A DNA stretch of 62,948 nt, filler included, from Stramenopiles sp. TOSAG23-6 (taxonomy: Eukaryota), in assembly GCA_900128565.1 (NCBI GenBank). It is 7 parts of 7 records of this genome, joined end to end, with 100 filler letters (N's around TTAATTAATTAA, not from the genome) between each part and the next. Parts side by side here need not be neighbours in the genome. Positions count along the whole stretch, not along the records: positions 1 to 10,205 come from LT636329.1; positions 10,306 to 20,508 come from LT636330.1; 5 more parts are not named here. One strand, 5' to 3'. Positions 1 to 11,676 of the stretch are shown here, piece after piece. Numbering within the stretch: position 1 is the stretch's first letter; each line of letters starts with the position of its first letter. A program made the position numbers and the translations under genes. The notes below the pieces were generated by a model. That model was given only the letters and a program-made list of their open reading frames with translations, was not told where the DNA came from and searched no databases.

Positions 1-37
<37 letters not shown>

Positions 38-57
38 AATTCATAATGAAAACGTAC
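1..57 (-). mobile_element. Repeat-family intron, 5' part only (AT|GTACGTTTT)
   Basis: Family 5' consensus; truncated at window start. Confidence 0.7.
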
Positions 58-588
58 ATGAAACTCCGTGTATCCATTTCATCAGATAAATCTGAATCAA
101 AAGCAGAAAATAACCGATGTAAATTTTTTTCTTTAGCTCCACCATACGTTCTAACTTTTACAACCCCAGCAAATTGATTTCGTGTAATGCGGAATTCACT
201 TCCATTTTGAGCAGCTTTGTCCAATAATGCACCATACAATAATTCCAAATCAATGAAACCATGTATTTTGGAAAAATATGTCCAAAAAAAATCTAAAAAA
301 AAATATTAGGTACAAAATTTCGTATGAAAAAAAAAATTCATACAAAAAAAAAAAAAAAATCTAAAAAAAATTATTAGGTACAAAATTTCGTATGAAAAAA
401 AAAAAAAAAAAATAAAATAAAAAAAAAAAACGTACAGGTTTTCTATAAGATGATTTTTTCATAACTTCACATAATGCCATAAGTTCCCGCCATTTCATTT
501 GCCCTGGAATGCCTTTACTTTTCTTCTTTAATAAAAATATATTTTGTTGTTCTTTATTACTCTTAACTACTGTAAATCTTCGCCAATA
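58..588 (-). CDS. EF-hand protein, internal fragment (exons 588-436, 260-58)
   Basis: Removing 261-435 joins ...SYRKP|GFIDLELLY... and reads open to LHRLFSAFDSDLSDEMDTRSF (EF-hand-like loop); continues off the window after another element. Confidence 0.6.
261..435 (-). mobile_element. Non-canonical GT..AT intron with duplicated core (175 nt)
   Basis: GTACG...TACAT, phase 0, two copies of the GTACCTAA core. Confidence 0.75.
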
Positions 589-689
589 ATGTATTGTGAA
601 AAATATTTCAAAAAAAAAAAAAAAATTGTTAGGTACAAAATTTCGTATGAAAAATAAATTCGATTTTTTTGTAAAAAAATAAAACATAC
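589..689 (-). mobile_element. GT..AT family element (101 nt), flanks in discordant phase
   Basis: Full consensus; donor phase 2 in kinase, long downstream open frame is phase 0. Confidence 0.7.
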
Positions 690-2513
690 ATATTCCACGT
701 TGTGGGTAGTAATAATTTATGTGTATTACGAGGTCCAGAAGGTTTTCGTAGCTCTAATTCGGTGCATAATGTAATATCAGATGCAATGTTTTCAGTCATC
801 CAAGGGTGAGCTAATATATCTTCAGCAGAAGGACGATTTCTTGGATCTTTTGAGAAAATACGTGATAGTAAATCTATTAATGGTGCTGATAAAAATGATC
901 GAAGAGGTTGAAAAAAACGGGGATTTGGTTGAACTAATAATGTTTCAACTTGCTCTTCTAATGCTTCAAATGGTGACTCAGCAGTTCGCCAACCAGCTGT
1001 CCCTTGCCATCCTTGAGTATGTGAAATGGCAACGATGTGAAGCAATATAATTCCAAGTTGCCAGATGTCAGCAGGACCACCATCGTATATAGCATTTTTC
1101 TGCATTTCTGGGGCACAATAAGAAGCAGCGGCGTTAAATGTTTGTTTCACCAGATTACAAGGACGGCAGCTTGNTCTCNTTACANTTTTTTTNAATNTTC
1201 NTTTCATCTTGTTTTACATTTTGATCTTCTTTTTCTTTCCCACCAATATTAATCAAATTATTATTTGGTATACCAGAATCTCCAGGAAGCCTTTCTTGCT
1301 CAATTAATCTACCAAAATCTCCAAGTTTAAGGGACCACATGCCTGAATTAGTTTTAGCAACTAAGACATTATCTACTTTGATATCACGATGAAAGAATCC
1401 GTTTTTATGAAGATACTTTACAGCAGACAATAATTGCTTAAACATCTTCCTTGAAGAAGGCTCAGAAAAATTGGCTCCCAAAACACTCGTTTCGCCATTC
1501 TTTGGCCATAAAACACTTAAACCACTAGATATGAACCCAAAGAGTTCCCCACCACTGCAAAATTCATTCACAATGTAATGAATTCGTGCAGTTACACCTG
1601 ATTTAAGTTCGATACGTCGTGGAGAATATTTAGTAGTAACATCTATTACGCCAGCCAGATGAGGATGACGTATTTCTTTATCAATAATAGTACGATTCAC
1701 ATCTAGTTCAAGTTCTAAATCTTGTTCTACGCATGGTCCATCGTGGCGTGCTCGCATAGTGGCAAAAAATACTTTCCGAAAACCATCATCTGTTTTTTGA
1801 TGAAGATCCAAAGCCAACCAACCATGTTTATAACTACCAGAAGCCAAATGTTTCAAAATGTAATAGCGATTATGTACTGTTGCACCCAAAAGAGGGCAAG
1901 TTTTTGGTTGATTTATCTTTGCCATTCCAACTGGAATCGTCCAAAGCTCGGCAAAATGACCACCACGAAGTTTCGGGATGTCATTCTTGTCATACATTAC
2001 AAATATTTCTGTTGGAGGATAAACTTTCTCCGGGGCTCTCTTTGTTTTACGATGAATTGATTCTACAGCGGATGCCAATGTAGTCACAGCGCACATTGTT
2101 ACTAAGTCACATGCTGTTTGGTCTACTCCGCTCAGTGTCTCCAAGCCAAGAACTTCGCTTACTGCAGGTCTAAATAAAAACAAAGCAGACGCAATTTCGG
2201 TCATACCGTAACCTTGGCTAATTCGATGTTGAGCAAGCTCTTTGACAAAATTTTTTAGTGAATGATCATCCCCAGTTTTTAAATATGTTACATATGTACG
2301 CAAAAGATTTATATTATTTCTACTCAAACTGTCTGTTGCAAAAGTACTTTCTGGAACCTCTATAGAACAGGAATAACGCGGTGAACCTAAATGTTCTTCA
2401 CTATATGATGTGTAAGTTGAACGTATCATAGAGCAAAACGCACTAGAAATATCATTCAGTCGAAAGTTAATACGAGCAGCCAAATTTTGACCAGAAATTC
2501 CACCCAAAATCAT
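690..2513 (-). CDS. Ser/Thr kinase (CAMK-like C-lobe) with N-terminal globin/RsbRD_N-like domain
   Basis: HRDIKVDN, DFG, CAPE, DIWQLG motifs across ORFs 1155-2513 and 629-1207; frame break falls in the N-rich stretch ~1173-1201. Confidence 0.8.
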
Positions 2514-2812
2514 GTTTCACGCGAAATATGATAAATCGTCTCAAACTTCAAGGCTGTTGAAAAGCTGATGTTCTGTATGATTTATTGTTGTTTTCATTTT
2601 TTGAAAATTTTGTTGACCGCTATCCTGTTTTTGAAAAATTTTGACCGATGTTAAAATAGGTTTAGGGTTAGGGTTGCTTTTAGGGTTAGCTTAGGGTAGT
2701 TCCTAAAACGCCCAAAAACTAGAGTCAGAAGTTCAGAACATTGTTTGTTTTGTTTCGCTCTCTACTGTTTGCACAATTTTGTGTGCCTTTTCAGGTTTTC
2801 AACAAGCTGGAA

Positions 2813-5758
2813 ATGGCTCACACATCTGAGCAAAGTACAGAATTATGTATCATTTGTGCCGATGATAAAGAGATATTTTCTATTGGTCCGTGTGGGCATC
2901 GTGTTGTTTGTGGAGAGTGCACACTTCGTGCTAGGCATTTGCATAATGATTTTAAGTGTCCCATGTGCAGACAATCTCAACCTTCTGTTATACTAAGTCG
3001 ATCAGCATCTAAAAAGTTTACCGACTTTGAGACTGAAGATATGCCGTTTAATTTGTCTGTATATGGTATGTATTTTGAAACCAAAACTACTTTACAGTTG
3101 TATAAACAGTATATGTCACTACGTTGTCCTCTTTGTGTTAGAGCTGGCTTTGGTGTTCACGCAAACGACAAGGCAAAGTCTAGAGCAAGTAGGGTGTTTT
3201 CTAGTAGATCTGGACTAAAGCAACACGTTTCACAAGAGCATAAAATGTTTTTATGTGATTGTTGTGTATCGGAGCGTAATATTTTTCCTTTTGAACAAAT
3301 GACGTATACGTCAAAAGATTTGAAAAGACATATGAGAGAGGGAGATCTAGCTCTTCCACCTTCGACGTTATATCCTAATGGTATTAATGGTATCGAAGCT
3401 CATCCGTATTGTGAATTTTGTTTACCACGAAAGAAGAATAACAAGTCTTATCTTGGTGTTAATGGTAAAGACGTATTTTTTAATCAAGAATTGCTTGAAG
3501 TGCATATGAAAAGTCACCATCAGAAATGTGAAACTTGTGTACTGATGGGTCACGATATGCAATTTTTTCGAAATGTAGCTTCACTTGTTAGACACTATAA
3601 GAAAGATCATTATGTGTGTCCACACAAAGAGTGCCAAGAAGCCATTCATGTTGTTTTTAGAAGTGAATTTGAATTACGCAAACACTTGTTTAGCTCCCAT
3701 GGAGACAAAGATGCTCGAAGTTTAACTTCTTTATTGTATCAACCTCAACCTTCTTCTCGTCGAAGCCATCAAAATAATCGTCGTAATACTCGTAACTATA
3801 ATTATAATAATTATAATAATAATCATAATAATAATAATAATCATAATAATAATAATAGATCCCGTACATCGGGGAGCACGTTACATTTTAGTGAGAATAC
3901 TAGCAATAATAATTCTATACCAAACAATTCTTCACAAGTAAATTCTACTCAAAATTCTCGAAATTCTACTCAAAATTCTCAAAATATAGTCCACCGTATT
4001 GCTCCTTTATCGAAAGAAGAAATGGAGCAACGAAGTGCTTTATTAGAAAAGCGTATTAAACATATTATGTCTATTAGTGGCGTTGAGCATGTGAATGAAA
4101 AGTATAGCGATTTTCGTAGTCTTTCTCAAAAAGTTGTTCGTGGTGACATCTCTGCAAAACAATATGTTGACGAGTTTTTAGAATGGTTTTTGTATGTTCC
4201 TCAAATTACAGTAAACGTAACAAAGGAACAATGGGATGATGATATATTAGATGTATTTAAAGAACTTGTCGCATTGATTCCCTTGCGATTCAAAGCAACG
4301 TCAGAAGCTATGAGAACAGCCATGTCCGCACGGAAAAAAATATCATTGGATGCGATAAATAGAAAAAATAATCCTTCTCAAAATCATATAAATGAATCAA
4401 AGACCAACAATTATTCAACAAATATAACAAATACAACAAATATGGGACATCGGTTACAACAAGTATATACACGAGATATATCTCACAATGAGCATATCAA
4501 CCCTGTGATTACATCATCTACTGAACATTTTCCATCCTTACCGTGTGTAAAAGATCCTGCTTTAAGTGCTGAATTAGCCAAACGTGAACAAGATGCTTCT
4601 GAAGCAAAAGCAAACGCAAATGCTAAATGGGTTGCATCACACTCAAAAAAAGGTCCACAGTCAAAAGAAGAAAAAACCATCGCTGCTGCTGAAACAATTT
4701 CATCTATTGAAATCGTTGTTGACTCTGCAATTATCGAAGCTAATTTTCAACTTGAAAGACTCTACAGTAATGAAAAATCAAGGGATGACCCATTTTCCTC
4801 AATACCTATTTATACGTTGAAGAAAAGAATTCGTAGCCAACGCAATGCATGGATGATGTTACGACCACCGAAGGAGTTAGGACTTGCTAAAACTGTAGTA
4901 TATAATTGGAATTCTTCGATTAAACAAGCAGAAGATGAACACAAAGAAATGATTGAAAATGAGTCCGAAGGGTTTAGTAAAGTTCAATTAACATCTCATT
5001 TTAAGCTTCTGTTTTCTACCTTTCCTATGCAAGAATTATTTCGACTATTTTCATTTATTAAACTTGCACAAGAAGAAATAATTTTACGTCGTAAAAAATG
5101 TATGTTTTCATCATTAATTTAAAAAAACATTTCGTACCAAATTTTGTACCTAACGAATTTTTTACAAAGAAAAAATATTTTTTCACGATTCATTACTTGA
5201 TGCTGCAACAGCAGCTAAAGAGAGAGCTAATGCCAAACTAAAAGCTCGCGAAGAGGAAAAAATAAAAGTGGCACAAAGTATGTTTTTANTTTTTTTTTTT
5301 TGTATGATTTTTTTTTTATAGGAAATTTTGTACCTAACAATTTTTTTTTTTTTTTTTTGGAAATATTTTTCCAAAATACAAGTGCCAAGAGTAAAAAATG
5401 TAAAAAGAGGGAAATAGTAAAAAAGAGTCAAGATAAAAATACCGATATGAATTTCATAAACCAGTCATTGAATACTGTAAATATTAATCATGGTGCTGTG
5501 AACCAGAATTCAAATACGACAGCTAAGAATGATCAAAGTATAAGTAATAATGGTAATGATGTACATGATATTGTTCCACCCATACCACCTCCAGGTATTG
5601 TTAGTAGGGTTAGGGTTTTCAATCCTCCAGTTTGGCCAAATAATAGTAATAACCCTAACCCTAATGAAAAATCAAGTACGAAGAATACAAAGAAAAAGAA
5701 GAAGAGAGGTAGAAAGAAAAATCTTCTCTTTGCTTCTGGTGGGAGGGGAAATTATTAA
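2813..5758 (+). CDS. ZNF598: RING + C2H2 E3 ubiquitin ligase ZNF598/Hel2 (exons 2813-5099, 5194-5277, 5382-5758)
   Basis: CIIC..CGH..CGEC..CPMC RING, HPYCEFC, C2H2 fingers, EHFPSL, C-terminal KKK..LLF motif; spliced length is a multiple of 3. Confidence 0.85.
5100..5193 (+). mobile_element. Non-canonical GT..AT intron (94 nt)
   Basis: GTATG...TTCAT, phase 1, restores RRKK-L-LDAA frame. Confidence 0.8.
5278..5381 (+). mobile_element. Non-canonical GT..AA intron (104 nt)
   Basis: GTATG...TACAA, phase 1; needed to reach the ZNF598-type C-terminus. Confidence 0.75.
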
Positions 5759-6036
5759 TTAATAGGTACTATTAGACTCGCCATAAATAGAAATAGATGG
5801 AAATCGAAAATAAACTAGTGTAAAAAATAGTTTTTTTAATTAATTTAATAGTGTAATTAGTAGCCACGTGGCATTGAATCAGTTCAGCGGTCAGCAGCGC
5901 TAATTCGAATTTCGATGGGTACCACTACAGGATGTATACTAATACTATTCATGAATCATAGTAGCAAGTACACTTCAGTTCAATTTCAATTTATTATTGT
6001 TATAAATGTTTAAAGTGTTATAGATCATTTCGAGCT

Positions 6037-6816
6037 ATGATGTTTCCGAGAATTCGTTCCATTGTCGGAATGCGGTACAAATTCGAAGTGATAGAGCATA
6101 AACGATTCTTTGGTGTAATGCAAAGGGCGAGGCCCATGAATAAAGCACGACGAAAAGGAAGCAATAAAAGTAATAATATAAAGAAAAAAAATGCTTCAAA
6201 CTCGTGGCTACAACGCCATGTAAATGATCCTTTTGTAAAACATGCCCAAAAGTATGGGTTTCGTAGTCGGGCTGCGTTTAAGCTGGAGGAAATAGCAAAG
6301 AAAAATGGCTTATTGAAACAAGGGCAACGCGTAGTAGATATTGGTGCTGCACCGGGTGGCTGGACACAGGTTTGTGTTGAACGTGTTGGAGCTCTTTCTG
6401 GGAAAGGCCGTGTTGTTGCGGTAGATTTACTTCATATGGAGAATGTTCAAGGTGCTACATTTATTCGAGGGGATGCAACAGCGGCAGATACTCAGCAAGA
6501 AGTTCTTAAAACTCTTGGCGGATTTGCTGATGTTTTAATTTCTGATATGGCACCGTCTCTCTCCGGTCAAAAATCTGTAGATATGTCGCGCCAAATGGAT
6601 CTATGTGGCGCTGCATTGGCCGCTGTGGATCTTATGTTGCGTACAGGTGGCGTTTGTATCATGAAAGTATTTCAATCTGAGGAACTACGAGAACTGATGC
6701 AATCTGAAAAGTTGAAAGATAGTTTCAACGCGATAAAATTAGTAAAACCTGCAGCTTCCAGGTCTCGATCCTCAGAGATGTTTCTTGTTGCCAAAGGATT
6801 TAAACGAAATAAGTGA
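6037..6816 (+). CDS. MRM2: RlmE/FtsJ-family rRNA 2'-O-methyltransferase, likely mitochondrial
   Basis: WLQRHVNDPFV, FRSRAAFKL, DIGAAPGGW, SDMAP, KPAASRSRSSE; basic N-terminal extension. Confidence 0.9.
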   Translation: MMFPRIRSIVGMRYKFEVIEHKRFFGVMQRARPMNKARRKGSNKSNNIKKKNASNSWLQRHVNDPFVKHAQKYGFRSRAAFKLEEIAKKNGLLKQGQRVVDIGAAPGGWTQVCVERVGALSGKGRVVAVDLLHMENVQGATFIRGDATAADTQQEVLKTLGGFADVLISDMAPSLSGQKSVDMSRQMDLCGAALAAVDLMLRTGGVCIMKVFQSEELRELMQSEKLKDSFNAIKLVKPAASRSRSSEMFLVAKGFKRNK

Positions 6817-6930
6817 GTAAACAATTAATTACTTATCTGTTTCACAATGTAAAATATGCTTAATAAATGTCTTTTTAATAGTTGAATTATATTTTTTGTA
6901 AATTAAAATAACCGCTAAAAGGTGGATACA

Positions 6931-7925
6931 TCATACATCTATATATTTTGTAGAACGGCGATAATCCCCGAAACGCTGAAGTCGCTTGATCTCACGCAGA
7001 TCGTCTTCTTTACATGTGCTCACATCAAATATAGTAGACAACTCATCTTTAATTGCAATGAAAACATCGTCCGGAGACACTGGGCTGAGCATGGAAGGAT
7101 TTGATACTTTCGACGAAAACTGAGGTAAAACGTCACCTAATTTACATAAAAAATCTAAATGGCCTCGATCCTTTCTATATTTTGGTCTCTTTATTTCGGG
7201 TGGAATACATAGATATTCCATATTTTTATCATTAAAATCCCATAGCAATGAAGAATGATGAAGCCAACGATCTTTTGTGATAGACTGTGCGTTGCCACCA
7301 AACTTCCTGTCCCCGATTGTATAGTCATGTATTTTGGGGAAATATTTCAAAAAAAATCGTTAGGTACAAAATTTCGTACGAAAAAAAAAATCGAAATTGA
7401 AAAAAAAATAAAACGTACATGTTCAGATAGGTCAAAATGCATTGGAGGAATATCATTACTATCCCAATTATTTTTTTTATTTGAATCAGATATATCGTGA
7501 TTATTGTCTAATTGGCTATCTTTTCTATCTCTTGGTTTGACACCAAGACGGTGAAATACTCCAGTATAAAAACGTCGCGTCCAATCCATTATTGACTTTG
7601 GTGATTTGGGATTACACTCTCCTATCGGGATACAATCAGATCGAAAAATAAAAGACGCAAAAAGAGTGCCTACATCAACAACAACGGTTCCACCACCACT
7701 AAAACGGCGAATCGTTGGTATTTTTTCTTTGCGAACAAGTTCGACGTTTAGTAAGTCGTCCGGTTTTCCGGCCACACCCATGACAATCGTTGGTGGACCC
7801 GAGCACTCACTTAAAATGCACCAGTTGGCATTATCTCCTCGAAGAAGGGCTTCCTCGATCAATAATTGTTGCATTATTGGCATTGATGCCGGTAAGCGAA
7901 CCAATTTTACCAATGATCTTTGCAT
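6931..7925 (-). CDS. Lipoate-protein ligase A-like protein (exons 7925-7419, 7326-6931)
   Basis: IRRFSGGGTVVVD and EH|DYTIGDRKFGGNAQSITKDRWLHHSSLLWD. Confidence 0.88.
7327..7418 (-). mobile_element. Non-canonical GT..AT intron (92 nt)
   Basis: GTACG...TACAT, phase 0; restores E-x-D-Y before RKFGGNAQ; no AG near the 3' end. Confidence 0.9.
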
Positions 7926-8162
7926 TTATTGTCAGAGTTTGTGTTAATTCCTTGCTATAACGTAGTACTATATACTAATTAATCACCATCAATATCAGAT
8001 TACTACAAACATTTCTGCTGTGTCAAAAAAAAAGGAACAAACCTGCTCCTCGTTTTTGCAGTCAGTGTCAAAAAGTTGTCACAACAGCAAAATAGTACAC
8101 AGAACTACAGCAACAGATTGAGAAGACCCATTCGACTAAGCTTTTTAGACTATTGACTGAAA

Positions 8163-10102
8163 ATGGCTGATGTCGTCCGTGAGCTCGTTGAGCAAATGGT
8201 ACCAGAACTTGAGGATCTTGAGATCCTCGGTATTTTGTCACCTGAAGAAATTCGGAAAGTTGTGAAGCAGCGTCGTAAATTTGAGTATTTACTGAAAAAC
8301 CGTACTACAAGTAAAGTGGACTATCTAAAATATATTGAGTATGAAGTGAACCTAGAGGCATTGCGACAAAAGCGAAAGCAACGCCTCGGAATTCGTAAAC
8401 ATAGTATCAGTGATCATGCGGGGCGGCGTCGTATTCATCATATATTTGAGCGTGCTTTGCGCCGTTATAAAGAAGATGTTCGAATGTGGTTGCAATACGC
8501 TGCTTTTTGTCAGCGCACTAAAAGCCGCAAAGTTCTCAGTAAGTTATTTCCAAAAGCTTTACAGATACATCCTCGATGCACTGGTTTATGGATTCAAGCA
8601 GCGGCATGGGAATATTCTGACAATGGAAATGTATCAGGAGCTCGTGCGTTACTACAACGTGGCCTGCGAATAAATGAAGAATCTGAACAACTATGGTTAG
8701 AGTATTTCAGACTCGAGTTACTCTATGTTCATAAGATGGCAACACGACGAGCTACACTTGGCCTTGATGCAGGATCTGCTGATATTCGCGTAATGGAAGA
8801 TGGATCTGAGCCTTTGAATGCTTCATTTTATCGTGGCGTTGTGCCACAAGTTGTATACAAAAATGCTTGCAGAAGTCTTCCAAATAAGCTGAAGCTTAGA
8901 AAACAATTTTTGGATATTTGTGATACTGTTCCAGAATGCCCTAAAGAGTTGAAGCAAGCAATTATTTCATCTATCTCTCTTGAATTTCCCGATGATGCCG
9001 ATGCTATTATTTTATGTGCTCGAATGCATCAACATTCGTATAAAAGTGTTGATAAGAATATATTTGAGGACGCAATCCTAGCAAATAGTAATAGTTCGGA
9101 AAGTATGTCAACAAGTGCAAAGTTGTGGCGTCGCTACGTTGAATTTATCGCAGAGAGATTGAAGATATGTGTTGAATCACAGGATCAGCTGAAAATAGTT
9201 CAAGAAATTTGTTCGGTTTGTGAAAGAGCAACGAATTCTTTGGAGAAGAACAATGCAATTATGAATGCAGATGACATTGAACATGCAGCTGAGATCTTAC
9301 AAATTTGGGCTGGCATTTTATTGCGTTGTGGTAAAATTGATGAAGCTATTACTGTTGTGATCCGTGGTGAAACGATATGCCCGTCTGATAGTCGGATATG
9401 GCTTTTGCGAATTGATCTTGCAAAGCGTGCTCAAGTTCTTGGATATAAAACTGGTTGCAAAAATAACCCTAACCCTAAGAGAAATATATTTTGTACAACT
9501 GAAAATATCTCTGATCTCTATACTCGTTCTTTTGTAGCAGTGTCTGCTAATACAGAAGGGTTACGAATGTTACATATGCGCCGTATAAATGATCTTGTTG
9601 TTAAAGCTCATGTAAAGAATAGAAATAGTGTACGTTTTCATTATGAATTTCAAATTTAGTTTTTTTTTTCGTACGAAATTTTGTACCTAACAAATTTTCA
9701 AAAATAATTTTTTTTACAATACATGTTTGTACTGCTGATAAAAAAGCAAAATTGATGGATTCTTCCTCAAGTTCTGAAGAGGAAGAGGAACAAAGTAGTT
9801 TCACAAAAATGTGTGATGTAGAACGTGGTTTTCAAGCTGCACTAATGGCAATACCTAAAGATGAGGTAATTTGTTCTCATTGGATTTCGTGGGCTTCGAC
9901 TACTTCAGCCCTTAATCTTGTACAATCTGCCACGACAGGTTTGTCGTCTTCTTACCTGACTAAAGCGAGCCAATATATTTTGAATGCACCTTTTGGTTCG
10001 ATGACGTGGCCCTTATTTTCAATGTGTATTGACGCACACATTGCAAGACTTCATGCAATAGCTAATATTGCTTCATCATTGACGAAAAATACACTACTGA
10101 AT
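8163..10102 (+). CDS. UTP6: U3 snoRNA-associated protein 6, 3' truncated (exons 8163-9629, 9725-10102)
   Basis: MADVV..EQMVPELEDL..RRKFEY..DYLKYIEYE N-terminus plus HAT repeats. Confidence 0.88.
9630..9724 (+). mobile_element. Non-canonical GT..AT intron (95 nt)
   Basis: GTACG...TACAT, phase 0, joins to the frame of ORF 9752-10261. Confidence 0.82.
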
Positions 10103-10205
10103 GTATGTTTTTTTTTTTTTTTCAAATTCGATTTTTTTTTTTCGTACGCAATTTTGTACCTAACAAATTTTAGTTTTTTTTTTTTTGAAATATTTTTCCA
10201 AAATA
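10103..10205 (+). mobile_element. Repeat-family intron, truncated by contig end
   Basis: GTATG...GTACCTAAC...CCAAAATA then gap. Confidence 0.8.
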
Positions 10206-10305
10206 NNNNNNNNNNNNNNNNNNNNNNNNNNNNNNNNNNNNNNNNNNNNTTAATTAATTAANNNNNNNNNNNNNNNNNNNNNNNNNNNNNNNNNNNNNNN
10301 NNNNN
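10206..10305. other. Artificial contig spacer N-TTAATTAATTAA-N (also 20509-20608, 30797-30896, 41080-41179, 51326-51425, 61479-61578)
   Basis: Identical 100-nt linker with stops in all six frames, separating contigs of decreasing length. Confidence 0.97.
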
Positions 10306-10360
10306 CGTACGAAATTTTGTACCTAACGATTTTTTTTTGAAATATTTTTCCAAAATGCAT
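10306..10360 (+). mobile_element. Repeat-family intron, 3' part (ends TGCAT)
   Basis: Core plus 3' consensus at contig start. Confidence 0.8.
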
Positions 10361-10945
10361 GTTGTTTGCGCGTTTTGGTGTAAACAAGCTAGATTTGAGA
10401 ATGAATTAACAATGGAGCCAATTACTGGTGTATATGGTCATGATATAATGACTGCCCTTGATGCAATTCCCCCGGATTCAACGAACAGTCCACTGCCGAA
10501 AACTAAAAGAGAGAAGAAGGAGGCTTCGAGACAAAGGTCTAGAGACAGAGCAAGGGCAAAAAAGACGAAATTTTGTAACTTATGTAACGAACGCCCCGCT
10601 GGTCCAGATGTGTGCGTGACTTGTATACATCGCGGTTGTAATGTTGTCTTTCATCCTCTTTGTGGCCGCAATAGTGGCGTTTGTCATATGTTCCTTACCC
10701 GTGATGGTTTTTTGAAAGCTTACTGCAAGGAGCACAGTAGTGATTGGTTAGAAAGGGAAAAAGCTAGACTTCAGAAGGAATCGGAATTGGAATTAATAAA
10801 TTCAAAAATTGAGAACATTGATACAGACCCTGATAAAACGAATTCAATTGCAATTTCTGGCGTATCAGGAAATAGTAATACTGATGATAACGGTATTCAT
10901 AGTACGTCTGAGTATATTGAAGAAGAGGATGGTTCTGTCTTTTAG
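10361..10945 (+). CDS. Extended-PHD finger protein, last exon
   Basis: VVCAFW..CNLC..C..C..FHPLC..YCKEH pattern (BRPF/JADE-type second PHD). Confidence 0.8.
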   Translation, partial: VVCAFWCKQARFENELTMEPITGVYGHDIMTALDAIPPDSTNSPLPKTKREKKEASRQRSRDRARAKKTKFCNLCNERPAGPDVCVTCIHRGCNVVFHPLCGRNSGVCHMFLTRDGFLKAYCKEHSSDWLEREKARLQKESELELINSKIENIDTDPDKTNSIAISGVSGNSNTDDNGIHSTSEYIEEEDGSVF

Positions 10946-11010
10946 ATAAACATAAATTTCTTAACTAGTGATCGACGTAAAGAAAGTAAGTTAAGGATAT
11001 AATATTTTCT

Positions 11011-11424
11011 TTATTTCTTTGATTTTTTCTTCTTCTTTTTCTTCTTGTTTCCTGATAAGCCAGCACTGAGCAGTTCATCAACAGATGCACTCGGACCTTT
11101 TGCCTTTGGCTTCTTTTTAACTTTTTTGGCTTCACGTTCCTCTTCGAGTTTTTTCTTTTCTGCGGCCGCTTTCTTTGCTAATATTTTTAATTGAAGAGCA
11201 TCACCGTCCCTGTAAAGAAGAATATTGAAATAATTATGAAATATATATTATTTTTCGAGTACTTTTAGAATGAGGTGAATCATGGAAAGTAAGGGGAACA
11301 CTTACTTGGCATTGCGATCTCCGACATTTGCAGCACCTCTTAGATCACTGCCAGCATTGTTATGCTTGGCTTCACGGGCTTGTGCTCGTGCTCGATCCGT
11401 CACTCGCTGATTTCCGCGAGTCAT
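11011..11424 (-). CDS. SERF: SERF/4F5-family small EDRK-rich protein (exons 11424-11306, 11209-11011)
   Basis: MTRGNQRVTDRARAQAR N-terminus; Lys-rich second exon in frame after splicing. Confidence 0.8.
11210..11305 (-). other. Canonical GT-AG intron (96 nt), unrelated to the repeat family
   Basis: GTAAGT...TTCTTCTTTACAG; removes an in-frame TAA. Confidence 0.88.
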
Positions 11425-11676
11425 TAGAATACTTGTGGTGTGTGACCGTGTGTAGTACGAAATGATGAGGTGTTTTACGGCCACGTACACTCAGCGCATA
11501 ATTTGACTTGTGCGATTTCCAAACCATTCCCGGTACCAGCGCCAGCTGCCATCAAAAGTAATCTTCTTGGCACCTTCTTGACGTACCTTCCAAAATACAC
11601 GCTTAACCTATCCAATTGATCCAATTCGAATTGATCTCAAGAGAATCTTGGCTGAGGTAATAGTCTACTTGTGAGC

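Noticed and set aside
1173-1201. Programmed frameshifts or alternative genetic code (also near 19880-19930 and 34990)
   Set aside because: Frame breaks coincide with N-containing low-quality sequence; long ORFs translate normally with the standard code
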